Positions 11,469 to 19,366 of a stretch of 64,000 nucleotides of DNA are shown piece by piece. Position numbers and translations under genes: made by a program. The notes beneath the pieces are model-generated. The model saw nothing but the letters and a program-made list of their open reading frames with translations, made no database searches and had not been told where the DNA came from. Origin of the DNA: an uncultured Gemmatimonadales bacterium (GTDB taxonomy: Bacteria; Gemmatimonadota; Gemmatimonadetes; Gemmatimonadales; GWC2-71-9); NCBI GenBank assembly GCA_963836815.1, contig CAWILD010000014.1, positions 31,615 through 95,614 of the forward strand, read 5' to 3'. Position 1 is the first letter of the stretch; every line of letters starts with the position of its first letter.

Positions 11469-13142
11469 ATGCTCACCGAGCTCCGCGTCCGCGACCTCGC
11501 CACCATCGCCGACGTCACTCTCGTCCTCGGCCCTGGCCTCAACGTCCTCACGGGCGAAACCGGTGCCGGGAAGTCCATGCTGGTGGACGCGCTGGCGCTG
11601 CTGCTGGGCGAGCGCGCGGCCAGCGGGAGCGTCCGTCCCGGGGCAGGGAAGACCATCGTCGAAGGCGCGTTCGAGGGCATCGACAAGCCGACCCGGCTGC
11701 GGATCGAATCCCTCGGCCTCGATGTCGAGGACGGCCGAGTGGTGGTGCGCCGCGAGGTGTCGGCCGAAGGCCGTTCCCGCGCGTGGGTGAACGGCAGTCC
11801 GACGACGGCCGCGGTCCTCGCGCAGCTCGGCGCCCTGCTGGTGGACCTGCACGGACAACACGAGACCCAGTCCCTCCTCCACGCGGACGCGCAGCGCGAC
11901 ATTCTGGACGCCTTCGCCCACGCCGAAGCGGAGAGCGCGTCGGTCGCTGAGGCGCATCGGGCGCTGGCGGCGCTGAAAGCCGAAGAAGCGGCACTGGTCT
12001 CCCGGCGCGACGAGGTGCGCCGGCGGGCCGACTACCTGCGGCACGTCGTCTCCGAGATCGACAACGCGAAGCTCAAGGTGGGGGAAGACGAGAGCCTGCA
12101 GATCGAGGCTCGGCGACTGAGCCAGGCCGGCGCGCTCGCCGAGCTGGCCCAGCGCATCGCGGACGCTCTGGAGTCGGGTGAGGAGAACGCGCTGGGGGCG
12201 GTGTCTGTCGCCGACCGCGCGCTGACCTCGCTGGAGAAGACGGACCCCTCGACCGCGGCATGGCGCGAGATGCTCGACGCGGCGTACGCCAACCTGGCCG
12301 AGCTGGCGAGGCTCGCGGCGGAGTACGCCGAGGAGACCCAGGAGGATCCGGAGCGGCTGGCGGAGGTCGAGCGGCGACGGGACCTCCTGTTCCGCCTGAC
12401 CGGGAAGTACGGGGCCACGGTCGAAGCGGTCCTCGCCACTCGCGGCGAGTCGGCTGGCGAGCTGGACCTGCTGGACACGGCGGACATGGACCTTCGGGCA
12501 ATCGCCGCGCGGCGTGTCGCCGCGGAAAGCGCTCTCCGGACGGCGGCGGATGCGCTCACCGCCCGGCGTCGAGAGGCTTCGGACCGCCTGGCGCGCGGCG
12601 TCAATCGCCTGCTCCCTCAGCTCGGGATGCCGGGCGGGAAACTCCGGGTCGGTCTGAATCCGCTGACCGAGACGGGGTCACACGGCCAGGAGAGCGTGCA
12701 GCTCGACGTGCAGCTCAACGTGGGGCTCGAGGCGAAGCCGCTCGCCCGGGTGGCTTCCGGTGGGGAGCTCTCGCGGCTGATGCTCGCGCTCAAAGTCGTG
12801 CTCGCGAAGCACGACGCTATCGCTACGCTGGTGTTCGACGAGGTGGACCAGGGCATCGGTGGTGAGGTCGGCGCACAGGTCGGCGCGGCGTTGGCCGAGG
12901 TGGCGGAGCGACACCAGGTGCTCGTCATCACCCACCTGCCGCAGATCGCCGCCCGGGCGGACCAGCACCTCGTCGTCTCCAAGGAGCCGCGGGGCGGGAT
13001 CGCGACCAGCGACGTGCAGCAGATCCATGGCGAGGATCGCGTCGGCGAGGTGGCGCGGATGCTGGGGGACGCGGAGGGTGTGGCGGCGCGGAGGCATGCG
13101 CAGGAGCTGCTGGGAAGGGAGCCGGTGCGGAAGCGGAGGTAG
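11469..13142 (+). CDS. recN: DNA repair protein RecN
   Basis: MLTELRVRDLATIADV..LNVLTGETGAGKSMLVDAL (Walker A), a long coiled coil, and ASGGELSRLMLALK..LVFDEVDQGIGG (signature/Walker B). ATG 11439 is possible but abuts the hairpin repeat. Confidence 0.9.
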   Translation: MLTELRVRDLATIADVTLVLGPGLNVLTGETGAGKSMLVDALALLLGERAASGSVRPGAGKTIVEGAFEGIDKPTRLRIESLGLDVEDGRVVVRREVSAEGRSRAWVNGSPTTAAVLAQLGALLVDLHGQHETQSLLHADAQRDILDAFAHAEAESASVAEAHRALAALKAEEAALVSRRDEVRRRADYLRHVVSEIDNAKLKVGEDESLQIEARRLSQAGALAELAQRIADALESGEENALGAVSVADRALTSLEKTDPSTAAWREMLDAAYANLAELARLAAEYAEETQEDPERLAEVERRRDLLFRLTGKYGATVEAVLATRGESAGELDLLDTADMDLRAIAARRVAAESALRTAADALTARRREASDRLARGVNRLLPQLGMPGGKLRVGLNPLTETGSHGQESVQLDVQLNVGLEAKPLARVASGGELSRLMLALKVVLAKHDAIATLVFDEVDQGIGGEVGAQVGAALAEVAERHQVLVITHLPQIAARADQHLVVSKEPRGGIATSDVQQIHGEDRVGEVARMLGDAEGVAARRHAQELLGREPVRKRR

Positions 13143-13185
13143 GGTGGGACGCGCCAGGGCCGTCGCGGACCTACTTCTCCACCTA

Positions 13186-13222
13186 GGTCCCTCGGTCGCT
13201 TCGCTCCCTCGCGATGAGGTAC
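13186..13222. repeat. half copy of hairpin repeat family H1
   Basis: ggtccctcggtcgcttcgctccctcgcgatgaggtac matches the right arm of the copy at 362-435. No left arm is present. Confidence 0.5.
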
Positions 13223-13250
13223 TACGAACAGAGCATTTCTCTGCGTTCCC

Positions 13251-14777
13251 TTAGAACAACCCGAAATACAGCCTGAACCTCGCCCGGATCCGATGCACGT
13301 CCGGCACGATCCCCCGTGACGAGCTCACCACCCGCTCGTAGGTCCAGCCCGCGTCCACCGGGAGCCCGCGGCCGCCCGGGTGGCGCACCCCCGGATTGGA
13401 GTAGCTGACGCCGATCCCAACGTATGTGGCCTCGCCGTCGGTGCCCTCGGCCAGCACGCTCGGGTCCACTCCGGGGATCGAGTCGGCCTCGCTCGCGTAG
13501 GTCACCTTGTCGAGCTGGCGCGACTGGAGCTCCACCTGGCCGATCAGCGCGAAAGTCCGGGCGAGCCGAACGAAGGGCCGCACGCCCAAGGTCGTAACGT
13601 CCCCGGGATCGCGACGGATGTTCGCCAGCCGGTCGAGCCCCGCGAACGGCTCCGTCGGCGCCGCGACCCGGTCCACGTAGTCGGCGGCGAGCTGGCGATT
13701 GTAGCCCGCCTCGAGCCTGGCCCCGATCGCTCCGGTGCCCACGTCCAGGGTGCCCCGCACCTCGACGTCGGTCTGCCCGTCGCCGGTCCCGAGAGCGAGG
13801 AGTTGATTGCTGCGCGGAATAGAGCCGGTCGGAAAGCGGACGAGTCCCTCGACCGCCGCACGAAGGCCGCCGCGTTTGGTTCCTCGATCCCAGCCGTCAA
13901 CCAGTGTGATGGCGGCCCCCGCCTCCGCGTCCCCGCGGAACGTCACCACGGACTCGCCGGTGCTGAGGCTGACGGGCCCTCCCGGAGCATTGAGGAACGC
14001 CTCGACGTCGGAGCCGGTGACCGGGGTCGTGGGCAGCACCGGCGTCGCCGTGAACCCGGCAACCCCGAGACTTCCCGAGAGCGTGCCTTGCAACGCAGTG
14101 ACCTGTTGCGTGATGGCGCCACCGGCCACGCTCGAGGCGACCGGTACGAAAGGCGAGGCCGTCTCCGGGTCGGCGAGCAGGAGGAAGAGGTTGTCGCGCA
14201 GCGTCGTTCCCGAGGCCAGCGTGGCCTCCGCCAGCGCGCGCTGTGCCGGGTCGCCGTCATAGAACCCGGAGCTGATCTGCGCGCCGAGAGTATTGATCGC
14301 GTTGTCGAACTCCTGGAAGAACGGGTCCTGCTGCAGCGAGCTCGGCGTGACCCCGGCATCCGCCGTGGTGTCGAAGTCCAGGTTCGTCTGCACTCTCGCG
14401 CGTACCAGCGGGATCCGGCCGAAGATGGTGAGCCAGTGGGTGAGGCCGATGCTGGCGCCGAACACGGCGGTGCCGCGGTCGGAGATGACGTCGCCGGTGA
14501 GGCCGCCAAGACTCAGTTGATAGTCGCTGATCCCGGTGATCGAGCGGATGAGGGCGTCGGAGGGGGCGAGGGAGGGAATGAGTGAGCTGCCGAGGGCGGG
14601 CGTCGTGATTCTGGCACCGACCGGCCGCTTGTCGCCCTCGACGAACTCGTTGTCCCAGATCTCGAAGGCGCCGTCCACCTCCAGACGTGCGGCACCCGCG
14701 GGCACCCCGACCGGGGCCAGCTGCGCCCACGCCGACGAAGGCGCGAGCAGGGCGAGGATCGTCCCCAATCGCCGCAC
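13251..14777 (-). CDS. putative outer-membrane beta-barrel protein
   Basis: GTG 14777 preceded by GAGGGA. Signal peptide VRRLGTILALLAPSSAWAQ, alternating beta-strand-like composition, and C-terminal ..RFRLYFGLF ending in Phe. The longer ORF to 15014 overlaps galK. Confidence 0.6.
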   Translation of the reverse strand: MRRLGTILALLAPSSAWAQLAPVGVPAGAARLEVDGAFEIWDNEFVEGDKRPVGARITTPALGSSLIPSLAPSDALIRSITGISDYQLSLGGLTGDVISDRGTAVFGASIGLTHWLTIFGRIPLVRARVQTNLDFDTTADAGVTPSSLQQDPFFQEFDNAINTLGAQISSGFYDGDPAQRALAEATLASGTTLRDNLFLLLADPETASPFVPVASSVAGGAITQQVTALQGTLSGSLGVAGFTATPVLPTTPVTGSDVEAFLNAPGGPVSLSTGESVVTFRGDAEAGAAITLVDGWDRGTKRGGLRAAVEGLVRFPTGSIPRSNQLLALGTGDGQTDVEVRGTLDVGTGAIGARLEAGYNRQLAADYVDRVAAPTEPFAGLDRLANIRRDPGDVTTLGVRPFVRLARTFALIGQVELQSRQLDKVTYASEADSIPGVDPSVLAEGTDGEATYVGIGVSYSNPGVRHPGGRGLPVDAGWTYERVVSSSRGIVPDVHRIRARFRLYFGLF

Positions 14778-14877
14778 GCCATCCCTCAAAGAGCCTCCCG
14801 AGCCTGATGATGGTGCCAGGGTGTCAATCCGGTGGACCGGGAAGTTCGCCTGATCCGGGCAGCTTTTCCAGCCGCCG

Positions 14878-16050
14878 ATGTCGGGTAGATTCTCCGGGGT
14901 GAATCGCACCTCGCCGGCACGGCTCGCCGCCTCCCTCTTCGCCACCGGCTTCTCCGCCCATCCCCACGTCGTCGCGTCGGCGCCCGGCCGGGTGAACCTC
15001 ATCGGCGAACACACCGACTACAACGGTGGGCCGGTTCTGCCGGTGGCCGTTCAGCGCCGCACGGCGGTGGCGGTGTCTCATGCGGACGACTGGCTCGTCG
15101 CTTCGACTGTGGACAACAAGATCCGCGCCATCGGCGTGGACGCTCCGCCCAGGAAGTCCTGGACCGACTATCTGGTCGGGGTCGTGCGCGAGCTGCGGGC
15201 GATCGGTGCTGCTCCGGGGGGTGCCCATGTCACCATCGCCTCCAGCATTCCCCTCGGCGCTGGCCTTTCGTCCTCGGCGGCGCTCACGGTGGGTGCCGCG
15301 AAGGCACTGAGCCTGCTCGCCGGCCGCCGGCTCACGCCCGCGCAGCTGGTGGACGTCGCCTATCGCGCGGAGCACGACCATGTCGGCGTCCGCTGTGGCA
15401 GGATGGATCAGACCATCTCCGCGCACGCGGAGCCGGGAACGGCGCTGCTGTACGAGACGGGAACCGGCGCCATCATGCGGGTGACGTGCTCGGCGCGGCT
15501 GTGGATCGTAGAGACGGGCGTGTCGCACAAGCTGACCGGTGGGGCGTACAATCGCCGTCGCGAGGAATGCGAGCAGGCGCTGGCGCTCTGCCGGGAGGCT
15601 CAGCCGGATCTTGCCCACCTGGCCGATCTCGCGCCCGGCGATCTCCCCCAGGTAATGCGGCGGCTTCCGAAGGAGCTGGCGCCGAGGGTCCGACACGTCG
15701 TGAGCGAGACCGCTCGCACTCGGCAGGCGGCGGCCGCCCTGGCTGCCGGCGAGCTGGCGCAGCTCGGCCGGCTGCTGGTCGAAGGGCACGAGTCGCTGCG
15801 GAAGGATTACGAGTCCAGTGTTCCCGAGGCGGACTTTCTGGTCGAATCGGCGGTGAAGCGCGGGGCCTTTGGGGCGCGGCTCACCGGCGCGGGGTGGGGC
15901 GGCGCCGTCATCGTCCTGGCCCCGGAGGATCGGCAGCACACGGTCCTCGGCGATGTGGCGCGCGATTTCCGAGGGCGGTTCGGGCGCGAGGCGGCGATGT
16001 GGAGCACGCGCGCATCGTCCGGCGTGCGCCGGGAGTCGCTTCGCGACTAG
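14878..16050 (+). CDS. galK: galactokinase
   Basis: APGRVNLIGEHTDYNGGPVLP (galactokinase signature), GHMP motif PLGAGLSSSAAL, and ARLTGAGWGGAVIVL. Confidence 0.88.
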   Translation: MSGRFSGVNRTSPARLAASLFATGFSAHPHVVASAPGRVNLIGEHTDYNGGPVLPVAVQRRTAVAVSHADDWLVASTVDNKIRAIGVDAPPRKSWTDYLVGVVRELRAIGAAPGGAHVTIASSIPLGAGLSSSAALTVGAAKALSLLAGRRLTPAQLVDVAYRAEHDHVGVRCGRMDQTISAHAEPGTALLYETGTGAIMRVTCSARLWIVETGVSHKLTGGAYNRRREECEQALALCREAQPDLAHLADLAPGDLPQVMRRLPKELAPRVRHVVSETARTRQAAAALAAGELAQLGRLLVEGHESLRKDYESSVPEADFLVESAVKRGAFGARLTGAGWGGAVIVLAPEDRQHTVLGDVARDFRGRFGREAAMWSTRASSGVRRESLRD

Positions 16051-16072
16051 GCGGTATATTGTGGACTGCCTG

Positions 16073-16156
16073 GCTCCGGTGGCGAAACTGGCAAACGCTA
16101 CAGACTTAAAATCTGTTGGGAGCAATCCCTTGTGGGTTCGATCCCCACCCGGAGCA
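16073..16156 (+). tRNA. tRNA-Leu (anticodon TAA)
   Basis: Acceptor GCTCCGG/CCGGAGC, anticodon stem-loop cagaCTTAAAAtctg (TAA), long variable arm, T arm gtgGGTTCGATCCccac, discriminator A. CCA is not encoded. Confidence 0.85.
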
Positions 16157-16157
16157 T
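16105..16157 (+). repeat. attL core (3' part of tRNA-Leu), direct repeat 1
   Basis: cttaaaatctgttgggagcaatcccttgtgggttcgatccccacccggagcat is identical to 31122-31174. Confidence 0.85.
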
Positions 16158-16192
16158 AGACTTAGCTGCAACCCCCTCTTTGACCTCGGCCG

Positions 16193-16220
16193 TTTGCACC
16201 ACCGTTTGCACTACGACCCC
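16193..16220 (+). repeat. tandem GTTTGCAC motif, putative integrase arm-type site (left)
   Basis: tttgcaccaccgtttgcactacgacccc lies 36 bp inside attL. A near-identical copy at 31015-31043 lies about 80 bp inside attR. Confidence 0.5.
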
Positions 16221-17437
16221 TATCTGACTTTCCGCCGCTGCTCGGCTTTAGTCACCTGCTTCTCCCAGTATGCGCGGTCGGCTCCGGTTGGGATGAACAC
16301 GCCGTACGTCGTCAACGTGAGCATTGGGGTCGAGTGGCCGAGCTGCGTCTGCACGACGGCGATGGGCACGCCAGCCCGGAGCCGCATCACGGCCCAGTGG
16401 TGGCGGGCCGCGTGGACTTTGAGCTTGCGGGTCAGCTCGAGCCTCTCGGCCGCGATCCAGCGGTGCCAGTGGTTGACCTGATAGGGCTTCCACTCGGCAG
16501 GGAAGAGCCGCGCGGTGGGCAGCATCCGCTTGACGTGCGCCGCGATGATGGGCCACGCCCAATCGGCTACCATGCACACCCGGTCCCTGGTATGCGTCTT
16601 GGTGCCTGCGGCTCGTATCTCCCGGCTCGCGTCCCACACATCGGCTCGGGTAAGACGCAGGGCTGTGCTCACTTCGATGCCGGTCCCGTACAGAATCGCG
16701 AAGAGTGCCCGCCTTTCGGGCGTCGCTTGTGCGTCCACGATCCGCCGCACCTCACCTAACTCATAGAACTCCACCGGCGCCTTCCCCTCGGCCGGTCGGC
16801 TCACAGCATCCATCGGGTTGGCGGAGAAGTGGCCGTGAACTCGGGTCACATATTCGAAAAACAGTGACCAAGCCGAATGAACCCGCCGAAGCGTATTCCG
16901 CTTACCGGGGTAAGCCGCCGACCTCTCCGTGAGCCACGCTGTGGTGACCCGGCTCAGGGAGCGCGGCCCGCCCTCAGGCAGCAGCCAGCGGACATGCACG
17001 AGGATCTGGTCGCCATAACCCGCGGAGACGCCCCGGCTGTGCGCCGTGTGCCATGGCTTCACGAGCGGCTCCAGGTCCACGTCGGCCAGGAGCCGCCGCA
17101 TCTCGACCACGTTGTAGCGAGTGGAGACCCACAAGTCGTAGAGCCGCCCGAGTCGCGCCGGTCGATCTCGTCGGCGTGCCATGAGGACAGGCTCGAGCAG
17201 GTCCCAGGCGCGGTGCTCGGCGGCGAGGCATTCCCACATCGCCGCGATCCGTTGGGCCAGCGCCTTCCCCCCAGCGGTGAGGGGAGCTACGGTCTGCAGT
17301 TGCCTGAACCTGCGTTGGGAAGATGCAGCCGCGCGGGGCCTCTCAGAAACGTGATGTGATGCCGCCGGGTGGTCTACTACCACCTCGCCCGCACTACCTG
17401 CGTTCCTGTTAGCGCTCATGGAGGGCACCGCCCTCAC
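16220..17437 (-). CDS. tyrosine-type site-specific integrase
   Basis: 405 aa. The C-terminal catalytic region carries R (LRLTRAD), HAARHHWAV (HxxR) and LGHSTPMLTLTTYGVF (catalytic Y). Adjacent to the tRNA. Confidence 0.85.
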   Translation of the reverse strand: MRAVPSMSANRNAGSAGEVVVDHPAASHHVSERPRAAASSQRRFRQLQTVAPLTAGGKALAQRIAAMWECLAAEHRAWDLLEPVLMARRRDRPARLGRLYDLWVSTRYNVVEMRRLLADVDLEPLVKPWHTAHSRGVSAGYGDQILVHVRWLLPEGGPRSLSRVTTAWLTERSAAYPGKRNTLRRVHSAWSLFFEYVTRVHGHFSANPMDAVSRPAEGKAPVEFYELGEVRRIVDAQATPERRALFAILYGTGIEVSTALRLTRADVWDASREIRAAGTKTHTRDRVCMVADWAWPIIAAHVKRMLPTARLFPAEWKPYQVNHWHRWIAAERLELTRKLKVHAARHHWAVMRLRAGVPIAVVQTQLGHSTPMLTLTTYGVFIPTGADRAYWEKQVTKAEQRRKVR

Positions 17438-17527
17438 GGAGCCCAGCGCCCGTCTAGTCTGTCGACTGCATGCGCAGGTTAAGCGGCCAGCCGGATCGAG
17501 GCGTTCGCCGAGCAGCGCTGATCGAGC

Positions 17528-18016
17528 CTAGCGCACCACGACCCTCTTGTGCATGCCGAGCATCACATGAGGTGGCTGGCCCTCTCCATCGCGGAACTGG
17601 CACACGATCGCGTACGTTCGCCCGGGTAAGAGATCCACCATCAGCTCGCCGCCGCTGGCCTGGGCTGGACGCGCGATGAGCACACCAATCAATGCGTCGA
17701 GGAGCTCTTGGGGATCACCATCGGTGCGCAGTCGTTCCAGCAGCTGTTCAAAGCTGATGCCGGGCTTCAGCAGCGCCATGACCAATTCATGGGGCACTCG
17801 TCCTCGGTTCTGGAACGAGATTAGCGTGCGCCCACCCGAGAGTGTGTCGGAAGCCTGAAAGGCGTAGTCTGTTCCGGCAACCGTCACCGTGCTGACCCGT
17901 TGGCGGCAGCTGGGGCTGACAGTCACGAGGGCAACGAGCGCAGCGGTCCGCGCGAGGCGCTCGCGAGCACTTCGAGGGACTCGCAAACAACGCATCGTAC
18001 CTTCCTTCGCGAGCAC
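17528..18016 (-). CDS. secreted hypothetical protein, possibly cupredoxin-like
   Basis: Signal or lipoprotein leader ALVALVTVSPSC. The C-terminal GRTYAIVCQFRDGEGQPPHVMLGMHKRVVV resembles Cys/His/Met copper-site strands. The assignment is weak. Confidence 0.45.
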   Translation of the reverse strand: MLAKEGTMRCLRVPRSARERLARTAALVALVTVSPSCRQRVSTVTVAGTDYAFQASDTLSGGRTLISFQNRGRVPHELVMALLKPGISFEQLLERLRTDGDPQELLDALIGVLIARPAQASGGELMVDLLPGRTYAIVCQFRDGEGQPPHVMLGMHKRVVVR

Positions 18017-18061
18017 TGGCCGAAGCCAATAGCGCCGCAGCGGCCAAGGTAGGGGGTGGCC

Positions 18062-18115
18062 GCCTAACTAGAATTAGACTGCGACCGCAGCAGTCTAAAT
18101 CCGCTCGTGTCAGGG
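18062..18115 (+). repeat. possible short diverged attC-like site
   Basis: GCCTAAC-tagaa-TTAGACTGC-gaccgca-GCAGTCTAA-atccgctcgt-GTCAGGG. The 9-bp inner stem is perfect, but the outer boxes are complementary at only 5/7 positions. Confidence 0.3.
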
Positions 18116-18377
18116 GACCAGCCGGTTGCCCAACTTACTATAACGATTCGCGCGATGCGGACGTACGCCCTCGACCATAATCGGGGGCCGTCAGAATGAC
18201 GCTGTGGAACAAGGGATAGCGTGGGCTGGCTCTCCATGCAGGCGGCCTGCCCAGCGTCTGCTGTCGCACTTTCAACGGACCGCGACAATTCTGCATCTCA
18301 TGCCGCCCCGCGTGGCCCGGTGTATGCGGTTCCCGACTTGACCCGAGGAAATCCGTATCGAGCCGCGCGCTGGTCGC

Positions 18378-18503
18378 TTGACAGCCCCGGTACGGCACCG
18401 TACATCAGGGGTACTCCACGACAAAGGCACACCCGGCGAAAGCCGGGGCCGCAACGCGCCGAGATGCGCTCGTGCGAAGATCCCCCTCGCAGAGGAGGTT
18501 TCC
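18378..18503 (+). promoter_or_regulatory. promoter + conserved hairpin leader, copy A
   Basis: TTGACA-17 nt-TACATC, then cacgacaaaGGCACACCCGGCGAAAGCCGGGGCCGCAacgcgcc (CCCGGC/GCCGGG stem, GAAA loop), a CCCCTC..GAGGAGG stretch and GTG 18504. Repeated at 26644 and 28333. Confidence 0.5.
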
Positions 18504-18834
18504 GTGTCCACACGCCTGCCTGCCCTTCTGCTTCCGGTCATCCTCGCCTGCTCCCGGTCCACAGCCGAGAGCGCCTCTAGCGCCGCTCCTGTTAGCAGTG
18601 AGAACGATGAAGCGGCGCGCCGGGGCCGTTTCGCAGCTGGAGGATGAATGGGCAAACGCCCTCGAGGCGCACGACACGACGTTCTTGGCTCGGGTGGTTG
18701 CTCCCGACTTAACCACATCGAGTGTCACGCAGGGCCCCCTGCAGAACTCCACGTTCCACGCGCATCCCTGGAGAACGCTCTACTCGAGCGGGCCTCCGCG
18801 CCCGTCCGGCCTGTCGGCTGCATTTGCGGGTTAG
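18504..18834 (+). pseudogene. DUF4440/SnoaL-like lipoprotein, frameshifted and truncated by an attC half-site
   Basis: The lipoprotein signal VSTRLPALLLPVILAC is in one frame and ..QLEDEWANALEAHDTTFLARVVAPD.. in another, with at least two shifts. The 3' end runs into the inverted attC half-site at 18806-18838. Confidence 0.55.
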
Positions 18835-18838
18835 GCGG
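18806..18838 (-). repeat. solo attC left half (R''-L''), inverted orientation
   Basis: The reverse complement reads CCGCCTAACCCGCAAATGCAGCCGACAGGCCGG, the conserved attC left end. No matching right end was found. Confidence 0.6.
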
Positions 18839-18855
18839 CGTGCATGAATGTTCGA

Positions 18856-19056
18856 TTACATCTGCCTCTCGACCTGGCGCACGAGGCGAAAAGCCCAGAT
18901 GGCAAGCGCTGCCGGGAGGAGGAGGCCGATCACGGAGACCCAGAGCGGTACGACCCAATCGCCTAGTTCGGCCGGTACCCGGTACACAAGCCGAAGAAGG
19001 TGGCCGAGCGCGATGAGCCCGAACAAGGTGCCCGAGATTTGCAGATAGTACCTCAT
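18856..19056 (-). CDS. small membrane protein (2 TM), unknown function
   Basis: 66 aa with two hydrophobic helices (ISGTLFGLIALGHLL, VSVIGLLLPAALAIWAF). GGAAGGAAA lies 6 nt upstream of the ATG. Confidence 0.5.
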   Translation of the reverse strand: MRYYLQISGTLFGLIALGHLLRLVYRVPAELGDWVVPLWVSVIGLLLPAALAIWAFRLVRQVERQM

Positions 19057-19113
19057 TGGCTGTTTCCTTCCAGGGGCGGGCGAAGCCCCCTTTCTGACCG
19101 GGCTGGTGCTGCC

Positions 19114-19265
19114 GCCTAACGAAAATGCGCATCAGCCGCGGGGCCATCGTGCCGATGCCCGCACAAACCTACGCTCCATACGTCCCACAGCGCGCTCCAG
19201 GTGCGCTGCGACCGAGCGGAGGGCAGCGCTACCTCCGGCCCGTCGGCTGCATGCGCGGGTTGGGC
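19114..19265 (-). repeat. attC site, inverted orientation (152 bp)
   Basis: The minus strand reads GCCCAAC-ccgcgcatgcagccgacgggccgg ... gcggctgatgcgcattttc-GTTAGGC. It belongs to the long-class family found in the main array. Confidence 0.75.
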
Positions 19266-19366
19266 CGCACCCGGCGCAGCTGCGAACTATGAACCTTCGG
19301 GCCGCCGTCTTGGGCGGACTTACAGCTCCAATGAGCGCGCCTGCCACAATGCCTACCGGGTTTATC

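Noticed and set aside
16220-17437. This integrase could be the missing integron integrase.
   Set aside because: It abuts a tRNA with a 53-bp att duplication, which is typical of island or phage integrases. It shows none of the IntI-like sequence seen in the fragment at 50150-50270. It is also separated from the array by its own island.
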